Origin: Felis catus
Taxonomy: Eukaryota
Assembly: GCF_018350175.1 (NCBI RefSeq)
Contig: NC_058368.1
Coordinates: 148,678,001-148,742,000 of the forward strand
Reading direction: 5' to 3'
DNA length: 64,000 bases
The position numbers and the translations under genes were made by a program. Shown piece after piece: positions 54,227-64,000 of the stretch; position 1 is the stretch's first letter; each line of letters starts with the position of its first letter. Below the pieces are notes generated by a model. That model made no database searches, had not been told where the DNA came from, and saw nothing but the letters and a program-made list of their open reading frames with translations.

Positions 54227-54924
54227 GTATTGCAAACAGAAATGTCATAATGAAAAAAAGATGACTTGGATTTGTCCTTAGGAAATAATTATATTTAAAA
54301 AGAACATGTTGATGTAGTGCAGTCTTTTGTTTATTCTAATACTATCATTTTATTCTGTAAAATTATCTCCCATAGAGGTAATTATAGACCAGTTTAGTAT
54401 TATTAGATATTTATAATCCCTCAGTAATATTTTCTAATCTCTTGCTTTTTCTATCCCCAGATAACTGCTTCACAGCTCAGCAGAATTTTTAATCATTTCT
54501 CCATAATAATGAAACCATTTAAACACACAAGATAATATTGCCTGTAGAGAGAAACCTGGAGTCACAAATGATAAAAACATATGAAGCCATTAAACAATGT
54601 GCTTCAGTCATCCTTTTTAGTGTAGCTTAGTTATATCCACTCTTCTTATTTCAGCTCTCATTTTTAAAGGTGCACTCAACCTTAAAAATCGTACTGTATT
54701 CCATTATTTATTTCTTTAGACATTCAAAAACATATTCAATGTGCTAATTCAATACTAAGCACTACTGAATATTTTAGAACATGAAATAGGAAAGTATAAA
54801 AGAAAGTAAGATATAATTACAAACTTTGGGGAGTTTCTGTTTTATGAGTACTGTACATACTGTACAACCTCAAATATCTTGGACTGGAAATATCTTAAGG
54901 ACTTTAATAAAAATATATACTGTT

Positions 54925-55140
54925 GGGGCGCCTGGGTGGCGCAGTCGGTTAAGCGTCCGACTTCAGCCAGGTCACGATCTCGCGGTCCGTGAGTTCGAGC
55001 CCCGTGTCGGGCTCTGGGCTGATGGCTCAGAGCCTGGAGCCTGTTTCCGATTCTGTGTCTCCCTCTCTCTCTGCCCCTCCCCCGTTCATGCTCTGTCTCT
55101 CTGTGTCCCAAAAATAAATAAACGTTGAAAAAAAAATTTA
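54925..55140 (+). mobile_element. Young felid Can-SINE
   Basis: TSD aaaaatatatactgt (the right copy has one extra TA). Confidence 0.97.
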
Positions 55141-55574
55141 AAAAAATATATATACTGTCACAAAATACATTATTAGTGGGGTGTAAATTGAAATAGTCAT
55201 TCTGAAAACTTTTTTATCATTAAAAAAATTTATATCCTTTTACCTATAGATTATCCTCCAATGAAACTATTCAAAATCAGATTTATAGCAAAAATATGTG
55301 AACAAAAATATTTATCATAGTTTTATTTAATAAAAAAATCATAAGCCTATAACATTAAAAATATGGATGAATTGAGTGACTTTAAAGAAAAGAAACAATA
55401 AATATGAGAATACATATTCATGATTCCATTTATAGGAAGATCATTACCAGACTAATCCGAGTAATGGCAGTTGTTTATTGGGGAGGGAATTGACCAGGAG
55501 GAGGCAAGAGCATGCTTTTGGGTGCACTTTCTGTTGTGTGCCCAAATGTTTGCAAACATAAAAATCCATAGAAC

Positions 55575-56293
55575 TGACATGTAGATTTGTGTATTTTGGC
55601 AGTATTTGAAATATCCATGACATGGAAACAAAGTAAATATCCATTGACAGATGAATGGATTTTTACAATATCGTATGTATGTGTGTGTGTGTGTATACAT
55701 ATATGTGTGTGTGTGTATATATATATAATATATACACACACACACATATATGTATATATTATATATACATACATATATATGTATGTATATACATACATAT
55801 ATGTATATATTATATATCTATAATATATACACACACATACATATATATGTATATATGTATGTACGTATATATACATATATACATGTATATATATGTGTGT
55901 ATACATATGTGCATGTATGTATATAATGGAATATTATGTAGCCTTAAAAAATGAAATCCTGCAATCTGCAACAACATGGATAAGCCTTGATGACATTATG
56001 TTAAACAAACTAAACCAGTCACAGAAGGAAAAACACTATATAATTCAATTTGTAGAAGTATCTAAAATAATCAAACTCAAAGAAGCAGAGATTAAAATCA
56101 TGGTTGCCAGGGCTATGGGAAGAGGGTTATGGAGGATTGCTAAAAAATAGGATATGAAATTCCAGTTATACAAGATGAATAAATTCTAGAGATCTGCTGA
56201 ATTACACTGTGCCTATAGATAAAAATATTGTATTTTACACTTAAACGTTTATTGGGAAGGTAGATTTCATATTAAACATTCTCACAATAAAAT
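55575..56293 (+). mobile_element. L1MA-like 3' end containing a large TA/TG/CA microsatellite (55672-55925)
   Basis: 'tatccattgacagatgaatggat...[microsatellite]...aatggaatattatgtagccttaaaaaatgaaatcctg...ctcacaataaaa'. Confidence 0.85.
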
Positions 56294-56887
56294 TTAAAAT
56301 ATTCATTTTAGTACATTAATATTTTTCAATTTGAAAACTTTAAAACTAAATATCACTTAAAAATTTGGGAAACATAATTGCCTAGGCACATATTTCATAT
56401 CAGTATTTTTTTTCATTTTCTAATACAAAATAACACTAAAACACAGGTGGATAAAATGTACATGATGCATGGTTGATTCCATGTGCTAAATAATTTTCAT
56501 TTAAAAACAGGATAGATATTAAATATCACATTTAATTACATCATTACAAAAAAATAAAAATAAAGTTACTTAGAATTTAAAAATCTAAATTGCCTTGGTT
56601 CTGAAGGCCACTGAGTAGAAGATAAAGTCAAGATAGTTTGAAAGCTAGTAGAAGATATATTTTAAATTACATTTGGTGGAAGTGAGTATACACCAAGTGG
56701 GGGATAAAATGGCAACAATATGTAGGAGGGAAAGCAGTCTATGTGAAATGTGGTACAAAAATTTTATAGAATGGCTGTTTCATGTAGGTTTTTGAAGGGA
56801 TTTAATCTTACTGCAAAAGACCATAGTGAGCTACCACTGAGACTTATCAGGGATCTAGCATCAAAAGAGCATCAGTTAAATATTTAT

Positions 56888-57000
56888 CTCCTTCCTCCTT
56901 CCTTCTTTCCTCCTTCCTCTCTTTTTTTTTTTCCAATTTTCTTGCCTTTTCTTTCTTTCTCCCTCCTTCTTCATTCCAACCCCCTCCCTTTCTCCCTGTC
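56888..57000. repeat. Polypyrimidine tract
   Basis: Read directly. Confidence 0.8.
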
Positions 57001-57668
57001 TTAGATTTCTAAGTTTCAGGCAAGGGAATAGTACCATCTGTTTCTGCCTCAACAAACTAGGTTTCTGAGACAAATCTAATAAATAATATTACTCACATGA
57101 AATATTTTGTTTATTATATATACACTATTTTTGGCTAAGGGTGTGTTTCAATCCCAAACATATTATCTGACATATTCACATGTTGAATTTGATTCTGTAG
57201 TTTTCTTCAATGGAAAGAATCAATGTAAACCTCCTCAGAACATTTAAAAAAAAATTTAAAGCATCTTTTAATCATTTACACTTCTGCAAAGAGTAATGTT
57301 TGTATGTATGTTATCACAAACATAACTTTTAGGACCTTGCTAAGCATTGAGTTTAAATACCTATGAATATACCTAAGGTGACTTCACTCAAAGAATTGTG
57401 AATTGATGTGTGTGGAGGGGGGCTGGGGGTCAAATCTAAATATACATATATGTTTGGGTACATTTGTATACATATAATAGAGGAAATATACCAAATAATT
57501 TTCTAAGGTTACTTCAGAAAGGGTGCAAGAAGATATACAAATGGAATAATGTCCTTTCTTTTAAAAAATAATTCTGTGTTTTTGACTTATTAAAAGATGA
57601 ATATACATTTGACTGGAAAATTTAATAGCATAATAATGATGAAAATCTTTGTACTCATTTATTGTTTT

Positions 57669-57889
57669 TTTTTTAAATTTTTTTTTCAACGTTTATTTAT
57701 TTTTGGGACAGAGAGAGACAGAGCATGAATGGGGGAGGCGCAGAGAGAGAGGGAGACACAGATTCGGAAGCAGGCTCCAGGCTCTGAGCCATCAGCCCAG
57801 AGCCTGACGTGGGGCTCGAACTCACGGACCGCGAGATCGTGACCTGGCTGAAGTCGGACGCTTAACCGACTGCGCCACCCAGGCGCCCC
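57669..57889 (-). mobile_element. Young felid Can-SINE
   Basis: TSD tcatttattgtttt (57655-57668 / 57890-57903). Confidence 0.97.
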
Positions 57890-58831
57890 TCATTTATTGT
57901 TTTAATAAGTATAATTTAAAATCATTTTCCAATTTAATTTTAAAACATCAATTAAAAAAGATTAAAATTATACATTTCTCCACTCATGGTGATTTTTAAG
58001 TAGTTTCATTCCAAAACTTAAAAAAAAGTCTGTATATATGTATATATTATTTTAATTCATTATTTAATCACAAATTATTCTCCAATTAACAGAACTTCTT
58101 TTGTTTATGCCACTTGTGGGAAGAATGGAGCCTGTCTTCTTCATCTATTTCTCAAAGCCATATACTAGACTTCAAACAGATTGCTTATTCATCAGTTGTT
58201 CAATTAACAAACGAAAAAACTAAATGCATGAAGTCTCGATTTCAAATAACAAGTGATTGAGGAATAGTTTTTATATTATTTCACCATTTCTGAAACTTAT
58301 AAGAAAACCTACATAATATAGTAATTATTCCTTTTGTTTTTTTAACAATGTATATAACTATGAAACAGGCTAGCAAACTTTTGGTATATTGTATGAGATT
58401 ACTAGAGACGGCTAAAGAGAGTACTTATATATATATTTAATATCTCCATGAAAGACTTTAGAAAGCAGTGATGATGATTGGTGAGTAAAGAATTTGCATA
58501 TAGAAAATGCCCTTATAAACAGAATTTTTCCCCAGTCAGGAATTCTAATGTTGATGTGATTAATGTTTTGATGTTAATAAACCAAAAGATGGAAAAAAAA
58601 TGCTGTCAAATACAGAAACAGTTTAAGAACACTTAGGTTTTACATGTCTGAACACTACATTCATCTCAACTACAGAAGGCAAACATTTTATTGAAGTTCT
58701 CTAATTTGTGGAGTACTGTATAATGGTTAATATCATTTGGAAATTCCTAATGCTTATCTCCCTGCATGCCATCAATCTTTGAGGTTGAGATAAGAAGGAG
58801 AAGGATAGGATTCAGGGGATTCCTTGCTACT

Positions 58832-59270
58832 TGTCTTCAGGGTTCTCTAGAAAAATAGAATCAATAAAACATATTCCTAGAAAGAGATTTATTTTAAGGA
58901 ATTGGTGCACAAGATTATAGAGGCTGTCAAGTCCAACCTTTAGGGTGGGCCAGCAAGCTGAAGACCCAGAAACAGTTGGTGTTCCAGTTAGAAGGCCCTG
59001 CAGACAGGAAGAGCTGATGTTTCAGATGAAGTCCAAAGTCAATCTGCTAGAGAATTCTCTCTTACTTGGGGAAGAGTTGGTTGCTTTGTTCTATTCAAGC
59101 CTTCAAATAACTGGATAGGGTTCACTTACATCATGGAGGGCAATCTGCTTTACTCTACAGGTTAAAGTGTTAATGTTATTTAAAACACCTTCGCAGAAAC
59201 ATCCAGAATAATATTTGACCAAATAACTGGGGATCATGTGGTCCAATCAATTTGACCAATAAACATCACA
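58832..59270. mobile_element. MLT2 (ERVL) solo LTR
   Basis: 'tgtcttcagggttctctagaaaaatagaatcaata...gatttattttaaggaattgg...aaacatcaca'; 5-bp TSD ctact/ctagt. Confidence 0.85.
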
Positions 59271-59439
59271 CTAGTTAGAAAGGCAAAATATAACAACCTG
59301 TCCATTTTGCTCCACGATATTGTGGAAAGTGAAGATGATAGCAGTAAGGCAAAGGGTTCAAATGCCAGGGTCCATATTTCTAAATCTTGGAAACATAATT
59401 TTAGGTTTTTAGACATATCCAAACATGGTTACTGAACCT

Positions 59440-59740
59440 GAGTTTATTAAAAGAATAAACTACAAAGCCACATGGTCATCACAATACAAACACAAAAAAG
59501 CATGTGACATAATTCAATACCCATTCAGATGAGAAATACTCAACAAACTAAGAATACAAGACTGCATATTCACCCTGCTAACATCTATGGAATGACCACA
59601 GCAAACATTATACTTAAAGGGTAAAGACCAATAGCTTTCCTCCAACAATCAGGAACACAACAGGGTATATGCTTTTGCTATCATGACTCAACATTGTACT
59701 GGAGTTTATAGCCAAGGAAATCAGGCAAGAAATAATAAAT
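59440..59740 (+). mobile_element. Old L1 ORF2 (RT region) fragment
   Basis: 'aattcaatacccattc...atcaggaacacaacaggg...caacattgtactggag...aaatcaggcaagaa'. Confidence 0.7.
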
Positions 59741-59878
59741 TAGGAAATAAAAAAAATCAGGCAAAGAATTAATAAATGGACATTTTGAGGGCTCAATAGA
59801 GGGAGAGCTCAAATAATACAAAAATTCCTTTTTTAGAAATCCTTGTTCCACATCCTAGGGCTTTGGGACAATCATAAG

Positions 59879-60190
59879 TGTCTTAGTCTGTTCAGGCTGC
59901 TACAACAAGATACAAGATACAAGTTGAAAGGCTGGAAGCCTGAGATCAGGGTGTCAGCATGGTTGGGTGAGAACTCTCTTACTGGTCACAGACATCTTGC
60001 ATCCTCGTAGGGCTAAAGAGGTTCAAGGGACCTCTCTCAGGCCTCTTTCATAAGGGTATTAATCCTATTCATGGGGGCTCTGCCCTCATGACCTAATCAC
60101 CTCCCCTTACAGTACCCACCTCCTAATACTATCACCTTGGAGGTTAGGTTTTAACATAGAATTTTGGGAGTTCTCACTCAGACCACAGAA
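59879..60190. mobile_element. MLT1A-like MaLR LTR
   Basis: 'tgtcttagtctgttcaggctgctacaaca...ctcatgacctaatcacctccc...cactcagaccacagaa'; TSD ataag/acaag. Confidence 0.85.
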
Positions 60191-60891
60191 ACAAGCATTG
60201 TCTATTTTCCCCAAAGAGAGCCCAAACCTCTAGCTTATCTGGCAAGACATTTCAGCTAGCTATCACCATGAGCATTTAAAAATCATTGCCAGTTCGTTGT
60301 TCATATTATGAGCATTATGCACGTTTAATAAGTATGAAAGTGAAAAGAATGCTGTTATATATTATAGTTAAGCCTTTGTTTTAAACAAGCTTACTTAGAT
60401 GAGCTATTTTGTTGTAAGTAGAGAACGGATTTCAGAGAGCTTTGAAATAAACCTTAACATCTAGCTTCGTAAAATTTGTCCTAAATAAACGATATCCTGC
60501 TAGTAGGTACTAACAGAAAAATAATGTAGGTAGTCAATCTCCAAGGAAATATTTTTCATTTAATGTGAGATCTGACTCATAATATGCATATTATATAAAA
60601 ATCTCCTTTGAAAAGTGTCAAATTCACTGAAATCACTCAGCAGCTGAAGGTCATAGCTATGAATGAAAAAATTCCAGACTGAAACAACTTGAAAAAAACC
60701 TAGGGCTTAATTTGGATTTTTACCACATCTCAGTTTAAGCATAAGGTTATTGCTGGGTGTTTCATATCTAAAATCTTTTCAGAAGTTATCAGAAAACCAA
60801 ACAAGAAATTTGTTTTCTCAGTGTAGAATATAGACTGTGATTACTAAATTGCTTAGCAAGTTACAGAATATAACACATATAATATACTATA

Positions 60892-61226
60892 CAGGTGACC
60901 TATGAACAACACTGTTTTAAAGTGCACAGATTTACTTATACGTTTTTGGTGTTTTTTTTTTTTTAATATAAATACAGTAGTGTACTGTATATGTATTTTC
61001 TTTCTTGATTTCCTTAATAAAATTTTCTCTAGCTTACTTCATTTTAAGAACACAGTATATAATAAATATACAAAATACATATGAATTCACTGTTTATGTC
61101 ATCAGTAAGGCATGCATTCAACAGTAGCTTATTACTTATGTTTCTGGGGAGTCAAAACTTATATGCAGATTTTTGATTATGTGAGGGTAAGTGCCCCTAA
61201 ACCCTATGTTGTTCAAGGGTCAGTTG
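60892..61226. mobile_element. Tigger2a-like TcMar MITE
   Basis: TIRs caggtgacctatgaacaaca / tgttgttcaagggtcagttg, flanked by TA on both sides. Confidence 0.85.
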
Positions 61227-61444
61227 TAAAAATGAAGAAAAATAGAGAGTATGAGAAGAGAAATTAAAATAACAGAAGGAAGAGAATAGATACAATAAAA
61301 GGAGACAGAAGAGAAAAAGAAAAAATATTTTAAATAATTATTCTATAATAATTAAATCTCAGTTAAAAATTCCTTAATGCCTTTGTCCAACTTCATATTC
61401 TTAATGTCGTAAGTCAAAAGATCATGTAAAAAATTTCAAAATGT

Positions 61445-63146
61445 CATCTGGATGTCTTCTTTGGAAAACTGTCTATTCATGTCTTCTGCCCACTTCTTCA
61501 CTTGATTATTTGTTTTTCAGGTGTTGAGTTTGGTAAGCTCTTTATAGACTTTGGATCGTAACCCTTTATCCAATATACCATTTGCAAATATCTTCTTCCA
61601 TTCCATCAGTTGCCTTTTAGTTTTTTTGACTGTTCCCTTCACTGTGAAGCAGCTTTTTATCTTGACGAGGTCCCAATAGTTTGTTTTTGCTTTTATTTAC
61701 CTTGCTTTCTGAATCGTGTGGAGTAAAAAGTTGCTGTGGCTTAGGTCAAAGAGGTTGTTGCCTGTTTTCTCCTCTAGGGTTTTGATGGTTTCCTTTCTCA
61801 CATTTTAGGTCTTTCATCCATTTTGACTTTATTTTTGTGTATGATGTAAGAAAGCAGTCCTGTCTCATTCTTCTGCATGTTGCTGTCCAGTTCTCCCAAC
61901 ACCATTTGCTAAAAAACTGTCTTTTTTCCATTGGATACATTTTCCTGCTTTGTCAAAAATTAGTTGGACTACATTTGTGGGTCCATTTTTGGGTTCTCTA
62001 TTTTATTCCATTGGTCTGTGTCTGTTTTTGTGCCAATACCATACTGTCTTGATGATTATAGCTTCATAGTAGAGGCTACAGTCTGGGATTGTGATGCCTC
62101 TTGCTTTGGTTTTCTTTTTCAACATTTCTTTGGCTATTTGGAGTCTTTTTGTGGTTCCATACAAATTTTAGGACTCTTTGTTCTAGCTCTGAGAAGAACG
62201 CTGGTAAAATTTGGATTGGGATTGCATTGAATGTGTAGATTGCTTTGGGTTGTATTGACATTTTAACAATATTTGTTAATGCATTTGTGCATGGAATGTT
62301 TTCCATTTCTTTGTGTCTTCTTCAGTTTCTTACATGAAAAGATGCTCAACATCGCTCATCATCAGGGAAATACAAATCAAAACCACACTGAGGTACCACC
62401 TCACACTGGTCAGAGTGGCTAAAATTAGGAAACAACAGATGTTGGCAAGGATGTGGAGAAATGGGAACCCTCTTTCACTATTTGTGGAATAGCAAACTGG
62501 GGCAGCCACTCTGGAAAATAGTGTGAAGGTTCCTCAAAAAATTAAAAATAGAATTACCCTACAGCCCAGCAATAGCACTACTAGGAATTTGTCCAAAGGA
62601 TACTGGATTACTGATTCATAGGGGCACATGTTTATAGGAGCACTATCAATAATAGCCAAATTATAGAGTAATCCCAAATGTCCATCAACTGATGAGTGGA
62701 TAAAGAAGATGTGGTTTATATACAATGGAACACTACTTGGCAATAAGAAGGAATGAAATCATGCCAATGTGGATGGAACTGGAGGGTATTATGCTAAGTG
62801 AAATAAGTCAGTCAGAGAAAGACAGATATCATATGTTTTCACTCATATGTGGAATTTAAGAAACAAAACAGAAACCATAGAGGAAGGGAAGGGGAAAAAA
62901 TAGTTTCAAACAGAGAGGGAGGCAAATCATAACAGACTCTTAAATACAGAGAACAAACTGATGATTGATATGTGGGGGGGAGGGGAAAATGGGTGATGGG
63001 CATTGAGGAGGGCACTTGTTGGGATGAGCTGGGTGTTGTTATGTAAGTCATGAATCATGGGAATCTACTCCTGAAACCAAGAGTACACTGTATACACTGT
63101 ATGTTAACTAACTTGATAATAAATTATATTAAATAAATAAATAAAT
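61445..63146 (+). mobile_element. 5'-inverted (twin-primed) L1: 61445-62331 antisense, 62332-63146 sense with tail
   Basis: The outer end of the inverted part encodes ...EDIQM and the sense body starts at HMKRCS; these positions are about 10 nt apart in intact ORF2. Confidence 0.92.
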
Positions 63147-63279
63147 GCAAATGGAAAAACAAATTAAAACACCTAGCTTGTAAGACAGTTAATTTTAATT
63201 AGTTTATATACAGGAGGAAACCATCTTTTATAGTTAAATAGCTGTGACCATATGTGTGGCAATATTCTTTTTAGTTATT

Positions 63280-64000
63280 CTTTTTCAAATTTTTATTTAT
63301 ATTGTAGTTACTTAACATGTAGGGCAATATTGTTTTGAGGAGTAGAATTTAGTGATTCATGACTTACATAAAACAGCCAGTGCTCATCACAAGTGCCCTC
63401 CTTAATACCCATCACCCATTTAGCCCAAATCCCACCCACCTAGCCTCCAGAAACCTACAGTTTGTTTTCTATAGTTAAGAGTCTCATAGTTTGCTTCCTT
63501 TTTTCCCCCTTCCTCTATGTTCATCTGTTTTCTTAAATTCCACATATGAGTGAAATCATATGGTATTTGTCTTTCTTTGACTGACTTATTTCACTTAGCA
63601 TAATACATTCTAGCTCCATCCACATCCTTGCAAATGGCAATATTGAATTATTTTGCTGGCTGAGTAATATTCCACTGTATATGTATGCCACCTCTTCTTT
63701 ATCCATTCATCAGTAGAAGGACATTTAGGCTCTTTCCATAGTTTGACTACTATTGATAGCGCTGCTATAAATATCAGGGTGCATGTACACCTCCAAATCA
63801 GTATTTTTATATCCTTTCTGTAAATACCTAGTTAGTGAAGTTGTTCGGTCATAGGGTAGTTCCATTTTTATCTTTTTGAGGAACCTCCATACTATCTCCA
63901 ACGTGGCTGCACCAGTTTTCATTCCCACCAGCAGTGCAAGAGGGTTCTTCTTTCTCCACATTCTCACCAACATCTGTTGTTTCCTGTCTTGTTAATTTTA
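63280..64000 (-). mobile_element. Carnivore L1 3' end running off the window edge
   Basis: T-rich tail, 3'UTR and ORF2 C-terminus (WRFLKKIKMELPYD). Confidence 0.9.

Noticed and set aside
55444..56150. Cluster of overlapping 66-143 aa ORFs rich in Y/I/V/C/H/T
   Set aside because: Artefact of a stop-poor dinucleotide microsatellite.
9246..57889. tRNA-like A/B-box sequences
   Set aside because: They are the tRNA-derived heads of Can-SINEs; no complete tRNA gene was found.
1..64000. CRISPR-like array, prokaryotic defence system or novel RT system
   Set aside because: There is no regularly spaced repeat-spacer array, and all reverse-transcriptase sequence is ordinary mammalian LINE-1.

Overview
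This is AT-rich, repeat-dense mammalian DNA from a cat-family (Felidae) genome, judged from felid-type Can-SINEs and felid LINE-1s. It is intergenic or deep-intronic: I found no host protein-coding gene, RNA gene or CRISPR array. Every recognisable ORF in the track is a broken LINE-1 ORF1/ORF2 fragment; the rest look like antisense shadows, low-complexity artefacts or chance ORFs. Contents: two near-full-length minus-strand L1s (~0.45-6.45 kb, young; ~28.1-33.6 kb, older); a 5'-truncated plus-strand L1 of a different lineage (41.1-44.5 kb) nested in an older L1 and itself interrupted by a 1,020-bp class II (ERV-K/betaretrovirus-like) solo LTR; a 3'-truncated L1 with only 5'UTR and half of ORF1 (52.1-54.2 kb); a twin-primed 5'-inverted L1 (61.4-63.1 kb); about 13 Can-SINEs, mostly with readable TSDs; several MaLR/ERVL/ERV1 LTRs; DNA-transposon relics; L2/MIR fragments; and microsatellites, one containing long perfect palindromes. 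I do not see a new biological system. The points of interest are insertion mechanisms and TE evolution. Repeat family names are by-eye recognition and need RepeatMasker/Dfam confirmation; coordinates of old relics are approximate.
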